From positions 1,546,501 to 1,610,500 of the forward strand of contig OZ244730.1 of assembly GCA_965219265.1 (NCBI GenBank): DNA of 64,000 nucleotides, given 5' to 3'. Position 1 is the first letter of the stretch; each line of letters begins with the position of its first letter. A model generated the notes under the pieces. The model was not told the origin of the DNA. It did no database searches and saw only the letters and a program-made list of their open reading frames with translations. Origin of the DNA: Arenicellales bacterium. GTDB taxonomy: Bacteria > Pseudomonadota > Gammaproteobacteria > Arenicellales > JAJDZL01. Shown piece by piece: positions 1 to 10,364 of this stretch. A program made the position numbers and the translations under genes.

Positions 1-341
1 GACACCAGCAGCAGAGCTTTATCCATATCGGTCCCCACATCGAATTCCATTGAAATTCGAGATCGCCCTGACTGGGCATTTCCGGTAATCTCTCGAAGAT
101 TTTCAAGCCCAGCGAGCTCCTGTTCCTGTCTATTTAGAATTTCACGCTCGACTTCTGCCGGTGCAGCGCCCGGCCAGTAAGTTGTGATCGTGATGACGGG
201 TCTGTTTACGTCTGGGGCAAGCTGAATCGGAATGTTCTGCAATGACACGATACCGAATAGAACAATCATCAGCACCAATGCAATCACTGCAATCGGACGA
301 TCTACTGCATTGGAAATTAAATTACCGGAAGTATTTTCCAC
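1..341 (-). CDS. RND-family (AcrB-like) efflux permease, N-terminal fragment; gene runs off the window start
   Basis: Minus-strand frame reads ...SNAVDRPIAVIALVLMIVLFGIVSLQNIPIQLAPDVNRPVITITTYWPGAAPAEVEREILNRQEQELAGLENL..., i.e. TM1 followed by the first periplasmic loop as in RND pumps. Absent from the ORF track because it is truncated. Start (GTG near 341) is uncertain. Confidence 0.55.
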   Translation of the reverse strand, partial: MENTSGNLISNAVDRPIAVIALVLMIVLFGIVSLQNIPIQLAPDVNRPVITITTYWPGAAPAEVEREILNRQEQELAGLENLREITGNAQSGRSRISMEFDVGTDMDKALLLV

Positions 342-440
342 ATCAATGCATATTAGATATTGGTATCTTCATCGCTGTGTTCTGAAAAATACCTGTGGGA
401 TTCTAGATGCAGGTTCAAAAAAAGTCAGGAATTTGAAATT

Positions 441-980
441 TTAATCGGAAAATTCTCGGCTGAATAGTTCTTCAACCATAGGTTCGAAATCCTCAATCAG
501 CATAATTTTGTAATTTGGGTCCATTGCTTTTTGATCGTACTGTTCCACGAACTCGACAGTCCAGTCATAGTATGGATGATCCTGCCACTGTCCTCTCGCA
601 AGCTGGTCCTCAATCGTGGGATGGTCATGACAGAAATACTTTTGAAACTCGCCGTGCATCTGCGGCGCAACGGTGAATCCCACGTCATGGAACAGAGCGG
701 TTACGACCGTCTGTAAATCATGACCATCTCGAAATACTTTGGTTGCAGATTGAAGGCAATGTCGGTAAGGGTTGATGGGATAACCGAAGACTTCATCGTT
801 TTCCATCGCAGACAACAGTCTCAGTGCATGACTGGCTTGATTTTTTTCGTAGTAAGTTCGGCGTTGTGCATTGAGAGTGTCACCATCAGATCGACGAAAA
901 TCCGCCATGGGTTTTTCAAAATACTCCCACTCCGGTTTCATCAACGGACTGCGTCCGTAATTTGGTATCTTATCAGTCAT
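441..980 (-). CDS. HD-domain protein, PhnZ/TmpB (MIOX-like) layout
   Basis: 179 aa. Reads ...INPYRHCLQSATKVFRDGHDLQTVVTALFHDVGF... (H...HD metal-ligand pattern), then HGEF..CHDH and a ...QYDQKAMDPNYK tail resembling the PhnZ C-terminus. Same strand as, and downstream of, soxG. Confidence 0.55.
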   Translation of the reverse strand: MTDKIPNYGRSPLMKPEWEYFEKPMADFRRSDGDTLNAQRRTYYEKNQASHALRLLSAMENDEVFGYPINPYRHCLQSATKVFRDGHDLQTVVTALFHDVGFTVAPQMHGEFQKYFCHDHPTIEDQLARGQWQDHPYYDWTVEFVEQYDQKAMDPNYKIMLIEDFEPMVEELFSREFSD

Positions 981-1157
981 TCAGGAATTAAATTAAAAAT
1001 ATGAGTCAAAGGAGATTTAGCAATAGCAACCCTAATTTTTACAATGAAACAAATGCTATCGAGGATATTTATCGAAATTCATTATAAAGCCTGATGTTCC
1101 CAGCATCGGAGTATGAATTATGGGTTGAACCCTCCATTCTTCGATATCTGTCACAAT

Positions 1158-1676
1158 CTAGAATGATGAGACGTGCTGCTCTTGCAATGCACAAACTGAC
1201 AGTCGATTCCAGACGTAGGCAGCATAACTGCGTTCAATGTACACTGAAAATTCGTCAGTACCGTCACGCAAGATTATTGCCGCCAATGAAAATACTTCAG
1301 TCGCCGCAACGAAACCTGATTGAAATTTGTGGAGGTTCAGCGAAGTTGCCTGCGAGAGAACCGCTGAAGCACCTTTGCCAACGATCTTCGTACCGTGATA
1401 CATGTCAGACACGTTAACGGCACTTATATCGTTATGGTTTGTGAGAGGAGCAAGTGTGTTCGCAAGCGTACTCTCATTTCCTAACAAAGTTTTCAGTAAC
1501 GAACGTCGCGGACCGATTCGCAGGGCTGTCAGCAAATTGAAAGTAACCACTTTACCCTGCTGAACTGGCGTCACAATCCCCAAGTTCTCGAAAAACAAAT
1601 CGATTGCTGCAGCACTGCCGCGAAGTTCAAACAACGCCTCTTGTTCCAGTTGTAGAATTTCAACTTCGTAACTCAT
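1158..1676 (-). CDS. soxG: sarcosine oxidase gamma subunit
   Basis: 172 aa ORF starting 2 nt after soxA. Size and position match the soxBDAG order. Call rests mainly on context. Confidence 0.75.
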   Translation of the reverse strand: MSYEVEILQLEQEALFELRGSAAAIDLFFENLGIVTPVQQGKVVTFNLLTALRIGPRRSLLKTLLGNESTLANTLAPLTNHNDISAVNVSDMYHGTKIVGKGASAVLSQATSLNLHKFQSGFVAATEVFSLAAIILRDGTDEFSVYIERSYAAYVWNRLSVCALQEQHVSSF

Positions 1677-1678
1677 GG

Positions 1679-4642
1679 CTACATTCGCATCTTCTCGCCT
1701 TGTGGGTCATAGAAAATCGGCTGCGTAACAACAGCAGGCAGAAGTTTACCCTCCATCCAGGCATTCACTGTTTCACCCTCTCTAGACCGCCCCTCATTTA
1801 ATAGTGCGAGCGCAATGACCCGATTGCATACATCACTCCAAACGCAGGCGGTCACGAATCCTTGGGAGTCACCTGCGGTAGAGCCGGATTTCAGTGGTGC
1901 ACCTTCAGCAAGCAACTGATTTGGATTTTTCGGCAGCAATCCCACAAGTTCTGGTCGATTTTGCTGGCTACGTCGACGGATTTCCATAGCTCTTTTGCCA
2001 ATAAAGTCCGGCTTCCGGCTATCAATCAACCACTTCAGTCCGAGATCAATGGGATCGACAGTTGAATCGGCTTCATGCGCAAGTGAAAGAAAGCCTTTCT
2101 CAACGCGCAGGACATGGCTGGATTCCGACCCAACCGGACAGATATCCCAGTCAGTACCAAGTTCCATGAGGTATTCCCAAAGCTGCAATCCATATCTTGA
2201 TGGAACATTGAATTCGAAGCTCAGTTCACCGGTGAAACTGACTCGAAACACCCGAACAGGCATACCTTTAATGTGCCCCTCGCTCATTTGCATGAATGGA
2301 AGCGATTCACGTGAAAAGTCCAAGTCGATATCGGCTGTTTCAAGCATTCGTCTTGCCATTGGCCCGCAAACCGTGGTATTGGCCCATTGCGAAGTAACCG
2401 GTGTAACTATACATTTCAAATCCGGCTGATCAATGTGAACTAACTGATCCAGCTTACCTTCGACATGCAAAGCTCCGCCAGTTGAACAGGACATCAGGTA
2501 ACGTTGTTCATCAAGACGAAAGGTGACTCCATCATCAAATATCAGACCGTCTTCTGTTAGCATGATTCCGTAACGTCCCTGTCCGATTTTCAGTCGCTCA
2601 AAGTTGTTCGTATAAACGAGATTTAACATCTTGACTACATCCTCACCGCACAACTCGAACTTGCCAAGCGGTGAGCCATCATACATTCCAACCTGCGTCC
2701 TGACGGCACGGCACTCACGTCGTACGGCTTCGTCCATTGTTTCGCCGGATTTAGGATAGTAACCTGGTCGTCTCCAACGAGCCCCGGCTTCATACATCAC
2801 AGCACCCTGTTGCTGATGCCACTGTGTCATAGGGGTGTGCCGGTAAGGTAATACCGCTTTCCCATGGCGACTGCCTGCAATCGCTCCAAACTCTACCGGT
2901 GTATAGGGCGGCCGAAATGTTGTCGTGCCAATTTCAGAAGGATGGCTGTCAGTCAGATTGGCCATGATTCCGATCGCATTCACATTCGCAGTCTTGCCTT
3001 GATCAAGCCCCATCCCTGTTGTCGTATAGCGTTTGAGGTGTTCAATTTGAGCATACCCCTCTCGTGCTGCAAGCCGTAGATCGAACACCGTCACGTCACC
3101 CGCCATATCGATGAAAGCCTTGGCGGGGCGTTCTCCGGTTTCTACGCTCCAGAAGGGTTCAATGTGATAATCAGACAGTATTCCATCCATGACTTCCGGA
3201 ACTCGGATTGACTGTGCATGAAATCCGGCCGCAGTTGCCGCATTCGCTCCAACGGAACTTCCACTGATCAGACAATCGTGAAGCGAAAATACCCCATTCA
3301 CGGCTCCCGTAACATGGGTTGCAAGTTGTGCCTGGTTCGGTACAAATCCTGCAATCGAATCATCAAATTTCAGTGACCCGCGCGACTGCGAGAACAAATG
3401 CACTGCTGGATTCCAGCCGCCGGAGACGCAAACTAAATCGCAATCAATCTGTCGAACCAATTGTGGATTTGTAAGCGATGTCACCAGTGCTCCCTTAACC
3501 CGCTTTCGACCAACCAATGCTTTTCTGACAACATATCCCTCCAGGATTTCCGTTTCCGTTTTCTCGGCAAGTCTTTTCAATTCCAAACGGACGGTGGTTC
3601 GGACATCCACTACTGCAGCGATGTCAATTCCAACGCCATGGAGTTGCTCCAGCGTTTCGTACGCGCTGTCGTTATTGGTAAATAGTAAAGCGCGTTTACC
3701 CGGAACTACTGCATAGGTTTGTAACGCAGTACTCACTGCTGAGCACTGCATGACGCCTGGTGCATCGTTGTTGGCAAAAACAATCGGACGTTCGATTGCC
3801 CCAGTCGCCAAGACCACTTGATTCGCCCAGATTTTCCAATTGCGCCCCGAAATTTCTGATGAACGAGGATTTCTCTCAACAACACAGACCATATTGCCTT
3901 CCAGATATCCCCATGCTGTTGCATTCTGCATTAGCGTAACCTTTTCAAATCCAAGCAGTTCCTTCACACAATTCTGCACCCACTGTCGAGCAGAGAAGCC
4001 ATCAATACTCGAATTTCTGTAGAGCAAGCTTCCACCCGGATGAATCATCTCGTCAACCAGCACGACTCTCGCATCTGATCTAGCAGCAGCCAAAGCTGCC
4101 ATGAGACCCGAGGGCCCGCACCCTACAACAAGCACATCGCAATGGTCGAACCGATTCTGAAAATATCCATCAGCAACCTGAGCAGGTGCCTTGCCGAAGC
4201 CAGCCGCCTTTCGAATTACAGGTTCAAATACGTGCCAGTGCGGCCACATGAAAGTTTTGTAGTAGAAACCAGAAGGAATGATTGGCGAAATTGTGCTGAT
4301 GGCTGCTCCAAAGTCGAATTCTACACTCGGCCAGCAGTTCACGCTGCGTGCTTCCAGATTTCCATGAAGCGGCTGCACGCTCGCCAACACATTGGGGGAT
4401 TCTTCAGCACCGCATATTTGTACCATTGAGGAAACATCAGAGGCTCCAACATTTTGCACTCCTCGAGGCCTGTGATATTTGAAACTACGCGACAGGACAT
4501 CGACTCCGTTCGCCATCAGTGCTGATGCCAGTGTATCTCCAGAATATCCGGTGTAGTCTTTTCCGTTAAAACGAAATTTCAGAGGACGACTACGGTCAAT
4601 CCACCCTCCTTCTGGCAACCGACGAATATTCGAAACAGTCAC
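1679..4642 (-). CDS. soxA: sarcosine oxidase alpha subunit
   Basis: 987 aa. Dinucleotide fold VLVVGCGPSGLMAALAAA. C-terminal GcvT/aminomethyltransferase-like region (GMYDGSPLGKFELCGEDV..., FTGELSFEFNVP). Flanked by the delta and gamma subunits. Confidence 0.93.
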   Translation of the reverse strand: MTVSNIRRLPEGGWIDRSRPLKFRFNGKDYTGYSGDTLASALMANGVDVLSRSFKYHRPRGVQNVGASDVSSMVQICGAEESPNVLASVQPLHGNLEARSVNCWPSVEFDFGAAISTISPIIPSGFYYKTFMWPHWHVFEPVIRKAAGFGKAPAQVADGYFQNRFDHCDVLVVGCGPSGLMAALAAARSDARVVLVDEMIHPGGSLLYRNSSIDGFSARQWVQNCVKELLGFEKVTLMQNATAWGYLEGNMVCVVERNPRSSEISGRNWKIWANQVVLATGAIERPIVFANNDAPGVMQCSAVSTALQTYAVVPGKRALLFTNNDSAYETLEQLHGVGIDIAAVVDVRTTVRLELKRLAEKTETEILEGYVVRKALVGRKRVKGALVTSLTNPQLVRQIDCDLVCVSGGWNPAVHLFSQSRGSLKFDDSIAGFVPNQAQLATHVTGAVNGVFSLHDCLISGSSVGANAATAAGFHAQSIRVPEVMDGILSDYHIEPFWSVETGERPAKAFIDMAGDVTVFDLRLAAREGYAQIEHLKRYTTTGMGLDQGKTANVNAIGIMANLTDSHPSEIGTTTFRPPYTPVEFGAIAGSRHGKAVLPYRHTPMTQWHQQQGAVMYEAGARWRRPGYYPKSGETMDEAVRRECRAVRTQVGMYDGSPLGKFELCGEDVVKMLNLVYTNNFERLKIGQGRYGIMLTEDGLIFDDGVTFRLDEQRYLMSCSTGGALHVEGKLDQLVHIDQPDLKCIVTPVTSQWANTTVCGPMARRMLETADIDLDFSRESLPFMQMSEGHIKGMPVRVFRVSFTGELSFEFNVPSRYGLQLWEYLMELGTDWDICPVGSESSHVLRVEKGFLSLAHEADSTVDPIDLGLKWLIDSRKPDFIGKRAMEIRRRSQQNRPELVGLLPKNPNQLLAEGAPLKSGSTAGDSQGFVTACVWSDVCNRVIALALLNEGRSREGETVNAWMEGKLLPAVVTQPIFYDPQGEKMRM

Positions 4643-4647
4643 AATGT

Positions 4648-4893
4648 TCAGTCGACTTCAATAATCTCGTGAGTGACGGTGCTGCGACGCAAGCGAAACC
4701 ACTCCCCACAACCTTTTTCGTGACACCAGTTCTCTTCCAGTACGCCTCTATGGTTGTCTGCGTAACACAGATGCTCAATCCACTCTTCATCACCAGCACC
4801 AACAAAATGACTGCGTGGAGGACGTATCGGTCCTGCACAACGAAATTCTGTTTCTGCACGCGGACCGCAATATGGACATGATATCAATAACAT
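4648..4893 (-). CDS. soxD: sarcosine oxidase delta subunit (start trimmed to MLLISCPYCGPR)
   Basis: Zn-ribbon-like N-terminus MLLISCPYCGPRAETEF...C.. typical of SoxD. The track ORF 4648..4950 has an implausible 19-aa extension. Confidence 0.88.
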   Translation of the reverse strand: MLLISCPYCGPRAETEFRCAGPIRPPRSHFVGAGDEEWIEHLCYADNHRGVLEENWCHEKGCGEWFRLRRSTVTHEIIEVD

Positions 4894-5003
4894 AAATATG
4901 TATTCCTTATCCAGTTTAGCACCGAAATTACCAGCAACAGAAAAGTACAAATTTGAGATGGGTCACAAGAATACCTTGCTGTGACTCGAGTACTAATCCG
5001 TCG

Positions 5004-6281
5004 TCAATGCGTAGGAACGGTAGTGCCGCCTTCCAGCAGATAGTCAAGAGTGGCAAACCGATCCAGTCGATATTTTGCAGAAAGCGGGTGTGGCTCATTT
5101 GTAGCAATCATATGCGCAAATGTCATACCACCCGCAGGAATTGCCTTGAACCCACCCCACCAACCGGCACTGACATAGAATCCTTTAACCGAAGTGTTTG
5201 AAATGATCGGGCTTCCATCATGTGCAAATTCCAGTGAACCGCCCCATTGGCGAAGTAGTTTGAGACGACGAAAGCTTGGAAACAGTTCAAGCAAACCACT
5301 TACTGTATCTTCCAGAACCGGCAGTTTCCCACCTCTTCGATAAGAAATCTGCTGCGGGTCCGTCATGCCGCCAATCACTAGCTCACCCTTGTCCGAATGA
5401 CTCAGATACACACCCAGATCCGGGCAATTCACGACAACATCCAGTACCGGTTTGATCGGCTCTGATACGAAGGCTTGCAAATTGAATGTTCGAACCGGAA
5501 GCCTTAAATCCACCAGGCTTGCAACTGCAGTGTTGTCGCCGCCGGCTGCGACTGCAACTTTACCTGCTTTTATGAATCCTCGATTGGTTTCCACTCCAGA
5601 TACTTCTCCGTTCTTACCGCGACGGATCGCAATGATGTCCGTATTCTGTATGATGTCCACTCCGTAAGCGTCTGCTGCTCGGGCATAGCCCCAAACAATA
5701 GCATCATGGCGAGCAATTCCGGCTCTCTCCTGCACCGATCCGCCTAAAATCGGCAAGCGACAGTTCTTCAAAGGGGCCATCACTGGGATACGCTTGCGTA
5801 CTTCTTGCGCGGACAGCATACGAAACTCTACACCTAGGGAGTTCATATTCAATGCCCTACGTCTCATATTGCGCATACTGGCGTTTGTGAGCAGAACATC
5901 AACCTCGCTTCGCTGACTGAACATAATGTTGTAGTTCAGTTCTCGGCTCAGTTCTTCATATAACTGTACCGATTTATCGAAGAAACGGATATTGTTCTCC
6001 CGTAAATAGTTTGAACGAATGACGGCTGTATTGCGCCCGCTATTACCGCCTCCGATCCAGTTTTTCTCAATGACCGCGACATTTCTGACGCCGTGGTTTT
6101 TCGCAAGATAATAGGCAGTTGCGAGACCATGACCGCCGCCACCGATAATCAAAACATCATACTGAGACTGAACTGTTGGGCTACTCCAAGCTTGCTGCCA
6201 ATTGCGGTGCTGACGAAGAGCACCGCCTATCAAGCTGAGCAGAGAATAGCGTTGCTTAGGTTTTACTTGCGATCGCATCAA
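5004..6281 (-). CDS. soxB: sarcosine oxidase beta subunit (FAD)
   Basis: 425 aa. N-terminus RYSLLSLIGGALRQHRNWQQAW then YDVLIIGGGGHGLATAYYLAKNHG, the hallmark of heterotetrameric SoxB. Confidence 0.93.
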   Translation of the reverse strand: MMRSQVKPKQRYSLLSLIGGALRQHRNWQQAWSSPTVQSQYDVLIIGGGGHGLATAYYLAKNHGVRNVAVIEKNWIGGGNSGRNTAVIRSNYLRENNIRFFDKSVQLYEELSRELNYNIMFSQRSEVDVLLTNASMRNMRRRALNMNSLGVEFRMLSAQEVRKRIPVMAPLKNCRLPILGGSVQERAGIARHDAIVWGYARAADAYGVDIIQNTDIIAIRRGKNGEVSGVETNRGFIKAGKVAVAAGGDNTAVASLVDLRLPVRTFNLQAFVSEPIKPVLDVVVNCPDLGVYLSHSDKGELVIGGMTDPQQISYRRGGKLPVLEDTVSGLLELFPSFRRLKLLRQWGGSLEFAHDGSPIISNTSVKGFYVSAGWWGGFKAIPAGGMTFAHMIATNEPHPLSAKYRLDRFATLDYLLEGGTTVPTH

Positions 6282-6302
6282 ATCTGGATCAAGCCAGCGC
6301 CA

Positions 6303-7082
6303 CTAGTGTGAAAGAATCTGACTCAAGAAAAGCTCGGTACGATCGCTCTTGGGAGTGGAAAAGAATTCATCAGGTGGTGCGATTTCTACGATTTCGCCAT
6401 GGTCCATGAACACCATTGAATCGGCAACCTTCTTGGCAAACCCCATTTCGTGGGTAACTACGATCATGGTCATGCCGCCTTCGGCAAGTTCAACCATGAT
6501 ATCCAGGACACCAGAAATCATTTCCGGGTCGAGGGCCGATGTCGGTTCGTCAAACAGCATCATTTCAGGATGCATGCATAGTGAACGCGCAATTGCCACT
6601 CGCTGCTGCTGTCCGCCGGACAGCTGACTTGGGTATTTCTTGGCTTGTTCGGCAATACGCACTTTCTCAAGATATTGCATCGCCGTTTCCTCTGCTTTCT
6701 TCTTTGAGACTTTGAGATTGCGAATCGGGCCCAGCATCAGGTTCTGAACCACTGTAATGTGAGGAAACAGATTGAAATTCTGAAACACCATGCCGACTCT
6801 TCGACGAGTTGCCTGAATTGATTTCGGATCGCTGACGACAGGCTCATTTTCAATCAGTATTTGCCCTGCTTCAAAGGTTTCAAGTAGATTTATACAACGA
6901 ATCATTGTTGATTTTCCGGATCCTGACGGTCCGCAAACAACCACTCGCTCGCCGGAGTGCACCGTGAGATTAATATCCCACAGCGCGCAAAAGTCTCCAT
7001 ACCACTTGCCGACGCCGATCATTCTTAGAAATTCTTTATCGCCAACAGTGTGCTTTTTATTCATTTCTTGAACTTCATTCAT
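6303..7082 (-). CDS. polar amino acid ABC transporter, ATP-binding protein
   Basis: Walker [10 protein letters not shown], signature [14 protein letters not shown], Walker [12 protein letters not shown]. About 250 aa GlnQ/HisP-type size. Confidence 0.9.
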   Translation of the reverse strand: MNEVQEMNKKHTVGDKEFLRMIGVGKWYGDFCALWDINLTVHSGERVVVCGPSGSGKSTMIRCINLLETFEAGQILIENEPVVSDPKSIQATRRRVGMVFQNFNLFPHITVVQNLMLGPIRNLKVSKKKAEETAMQYLEKVRIAEQAKKYPSQLSGGQQQRVAIARSLCMHPEMMLFDEPTSALDPEMISGVLDIMVELAEGGMTMIVVTHEMGFAKKVADSMVFMDHGEIVEIAPPDEFFSTPKSDRTELFLSQILSH

Positions 7083-7092
7083 TCAGTTATTC

Positions 7093-8004
7093 CTAGCGTT
7101 TTTGTATTCCAATCCCGAATCGCTCGAATCTCCGGAACAGCACAGCGAGTGGAAAACACATCATGAAATACAACGCCGCAGTAATCATCCAGGCTTCAAA
7201 GAAGTGCGTTGTTGTGTTGGATACGTCTTTTGTTAGAAACGTCAGTTCCTGCACGGAAATCAGTGAAACAATACTCGAATCTTTCACTAAAGTGATAAAT
7301 TGACCGGCGAGAGGTGGCAGAATCGTCTTGAGTGCTTGAGGGAGAATGACGTCTCGCAGAACGCAGTACCGCGAGAGTCCGATTGCTCGGGCAGCCTCCC
7401 ACTGGCCTTTTCCAATGGACTGAATGCCAGCTCTGACGATTTCAGTGATGTAAGCCCCTTCAAAAACTGCCAAACAAATCAAACCTGCAAGTAAATTAGT
7501 GAATAATTCAATTGGACCGAAAAGAACCTCCATCACGGCAATCGTAGAGGGTGAGGCCGTATCGGCCACCCGGTCTAGTCCGAGCAAAGGTATGATCTGG
7601 CTGCTGATAAAAAAGTAGAAAACAAAGATGAAAACGACTGGAGGGATATTGCGGATCAGCTCTACGTAAAGACGACTGCCGACTTTGAAGAAAAGACTGC
7701 TACTGACTCGACATAATCCCATAATGATGCCGATTATTGCCGCAATAATGGTTCCCCAAAAGGCCAGTCTCAGCGTCATCGCAACGCCTTTTAAAAAAAG
7801 ATTGGGGAAAATTTCTCCGGTAACTTCATCAATTCTGATCACGTATTCGAAAACCAGTCCCCAATTCCAGTTGTAAACCAGAACATGCTCCACACGGTAG
7901 TACACGAATACCAAGACCGCAATTACACTGCCGATCACAGCGATATCGAGATTTGTTACTCTCTTTACGTGCTCTGCAGGTGGAGGAAGTCGATATTCAG
8001 ACAT
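7093..8004 (-). CDS. amino acid ABC transporter permease
   Basis: 303 aa multi-TM protein with EAA-loop-like GQWEAARAIGLSRYCVLRDVILPQA. Confidence 0.85.
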   Translation of the reverse strand: MSEYRLPPPAEHVKRVTNLDIAVIGSVIAVLVFVYYRVEHVLVYNWNWGLVFEYVIRIDEVTGEIFPNLFLKGVAMTLRLAFWGTIIAAIIGIIMGLCRVSSSLFFKVGSRLYVELIRNIPPVVFIFVFYFFISSQIIPLLGLDRVADTASPSTIAVMEVLFGPIELFTNLLAGLICLAVFEGAYITEIVRAGIQSIGKGQWEAARAIGLSRYCVLRDVILPQALKTILPPLAGQFITLVKDSSIVSLISVQELTFLTKDVSNTTTHFFEAWMITAALYFMMCFPLAVLFRRFERFGIGIQKR

Positions 8005-8075
8005 CGTGATTTCAGAAGTTCGAAAGATTGCATTTCCCCGGATTCACACCGGGGAAATGCAAATCAACCGTTGAA

Positions 8076-8900
8076 TTACTGCTCTTCTACTTGTTCTGCC
8101 CAAGTCTGGGTGGTGAACCAGAAGTCATGTCTTTCCTTTAACCAACCGTTACTGGTGTTCACAAGAATCCAGTTACTGAAAAAGTTCATTGCGTCCGGAT
8201 CGCCTTTGCGCAGCGCAAATGCTTCGTCACCTGTCGTAAGGTTTTCTTCCGTCGGCATGAACAGTTTTTCAGGATAACGGCTCATCCAGAAACGCGGTTT
8301 CGGTGCTGACGAAATCATCGCATGTGCGTTGCCATTCACCACTTCCTGAAATGCCTGCGCATCGTCGTCGAAACGAGCGACACTTGCTTTCGGAAACTGA
8401 TTTTGTGCCACGTTACAAGGCGTTGCTCCTCGGCGACAGGTGATTGTTACGCTGGAATCATTGAATTGGTCCAGCATAAATCCATCTGCCAACGCCTTGT
8501 TTGCAACCATTTGCTGTCCAGAGTGTGCATATGGAGCGGTAAAGTTTACCGTCAGATTTCGACCGGGAGTAATGGACATACCACCGATGATTACGTCGAA
8601 CTTCTGTGCGATCAAGGCTGGGATGATTCCAGACCAGGCAGTCGGCACGAATTCGATCTTTACGCCCATATCTTCTGCAACCTTGGTTGCTACATCGATC
8701 TCGAATCCGATCAAATTACCCTGTTTGTCCCGCATCGCCCACGGAACGAAGGTATCCATTCCTACACGCAGAGATCCTCTCTTCTTAATCTCTTCCAGTA
8801 CACTGCTTGAAGCAAGTTCCTGAGAAGCGGCGCCTGCTATGCCTGCAAACGCGATTGCAGCAGCGGCTAAAAGTGAGGTCAAGATAAATTTTATTTTCAT
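8076..8900 (-). CDS. amino acid ABC transporter periplasmic substrate-binding protein (start trimmed to MKIKF)
   Basis: Signal peptide MKIKFILTSLLAAAAIAFAGIAGAAS, then a family-3 SBP-like body (LRVGMDTFVPWAMRDKQGNLIGFEIDV). The longer track start would overlap the upstream permease. Confidence 0.85.
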   Translation of the reverse strand: MKIKFILTSLLAAAAIAFAGIAGAASQELASSSVLEEIKKRGSLRVGMDTFVPWAMRDKQGNLIGFEIDVATKVAEDMGVKIEFVPTAWSGIIPALIAQKFDVIIGGMSITPGRNLTVNFTAPYAHSGQQMVANKALADGFMLDQFNDSSVTITCRRGATPCNVAQNQFPKASVARFDDDAQAFQEVVNGNAHAMISSAPKPRFWMSRYPEKLFMPTEENLTTGDEAFALRKGDPDAMNFFSNWILVNTSNGWLKERHDFWFTTQTWAEQVEEQ

Positions 8901-8929
8901 ATTTACAATTCTCCTTGTTGAGATTAATG

Positions 8930-9769
8930 TTATCGCCCGCGGGTGGCTCGAGATTCCATCCACGAAACGAATAACGAGAGTGATACAGTTACTACGAGAT
9001 AAATTCCAGCAACTGTAAACCAGATTTCGAAAGCCATAAAGGTTTCCGAAATAATGTTCAGTCCTTCTGTAGTCAAATCTGCAACCGCAATTACGCTCAC
9101 AATTGCAGAGTGCTTGATCAAATTAATAATCAGTCCAGTCATCGGCGGCAGGATCAACGGAATGGATTGCGGCAGAATTATGTCGCGAAACCTGTCAAAT
9201 CGACTGAAGCCCAAGGCTTTGGCTGCTTCGGTCTGGCCGCGCGGTACCGACTGAATACCGGCCCGAATGATCTCCGTTGCAAAGGAGCCTTCGAAAAAGC
9301 TCAAGCACAGTACTCCTGTCCAAAATCGATCGATGCCTACAATCGGAGCAATAATAAAATAGAACAAAAACAGTTGAACGAGCAACGGCGTGTTTCGAAT
9401 CATTTCGAGGTAGATGTTCGCCAACAGCTTGCCTGAAAACGAATTGGACATCCGCAACAATGCAGTAATCAGTCCGATCAAAATTGAAAAGACCATGCTG
9501 AACAGAGTGATCTCGAAAGTGACGATGAGTCCTTCCAACAATCTGCCCAATAGGAACTCACCATCTACGATCCGATAAATGAACTGATCAACACGGTACC
9601 ACTGCCAGTTGTACTGCATTGCCTGGGCACCTTTGAATATCAGCCAGGTCGTAGCACCAGCGAGTATCAACAGCTGCGCAACATCAATGAGAGGAGATTT
9701 TCGCGTGAATAGTATCCCCGGTGTCGGAGGACGTTTCCTTATAGCGGCTTGGGAACTGCTGACAGTCAT
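8930..9769 (-). CDS. amino acid ABC transporter permease
   Basis: 279 aa, multi-TM, EAA-loop GQTEAAKALGFSRFDRFRDIILPQS. First gene of the minus-strand string. Confidence 0.85.
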   Translation of the reverse strand: MTVSSSQAAIRKRPPTPGILFTRKSPLIDVAQLLILAGATTWLIFKGAQAMQYNWQWYRVDQFIYRIVDGEFLLGRLLEGLIVTFEITLFSMVFSILIGLITALLRMSNSFSGKLLANIYLEMIRNTPLLVQLFLFYFIIAPIVGIDRFWTGVLCLSFFEGSFATEIIRAGIQSVPRGQTEAAKALGFSRFDRFRDIILPQSIPLILPPMTGLIINLIKHSAIVSVIAVADLTTEGLNIISETFMAFEIWFTVAGIYLVVTVSLSLFVSWMESRATRGR

Positions 9770-10364
9770 GCGTTAAATCGTACTGCGAAGGTGCGAACTT
9801 TTTCTATTTGCCAATCTACGAACATTTATTCGCTCAATTTGAGTACACGCTGCTGCGTACATGACAGAGTCATACTTTATAAACTATTTGATGCATTCGC
9901 TTTATAAACGTTTTGTCTATTGGCAGTCGAACACCAAAATTATGAATATACGTTCTTTCAAAATTAAGAACAGTGATTATGAGACAGAATATAGTATGTA
10001 ATTATGAAATTCTTTTTTCATACGAACTTCACGTAGTTCACGATACAAGGCGAGTTGTAGCAAAAAGTTATACAACTCGCTAGCGAGAAGAAACAGAAAG
10101 GCGAAAATATTACTTCCAGAAACCAGAGATTTTCAAACGGTAGAAATGGGAAATTTCAATCAGCACTGACAATTTGCTTCCAATTGGACGGCACTTCGGT
10201 TAAATTAAACAAGAAGGTCTTTCATGAAAAACGACACTAATTCCTCGAATAATTACGTGATGCTAACCATAATGAGGTATGGCAGACACTAGTTTTAGCA
10301 CTATCGTGTAAAAGTCCTTTCTATCTTTCGATCAGCCATTTAGGTTTAATCAAAAATAGTTCTA

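Noticed and set aside
1604-4859. Many 60-145-aa ORFs on the strand opposite soxA, soxG and soxD (for example 1995..2429, 2864..3079, 4142..4429, 4596..4859).
   Set aside because: They lie wholly inside well-supported long genes and have low-complexity or Cys/Arg-rich compositions typical of shadow frames. The same reasoning applies to antisense or out-of-frame ORFs inside the other large genes throughout the window.
9770-10364. Glycine or other riboswitch upstream of the transporter-sox gene string.
   Set aside because: I could not find the ACCGAAGG/GGAGAG-type conserved glycine-riboswitch segments or any other recognisable riboswitch core on the minus strand. Only a covariance-model scan could settle it.
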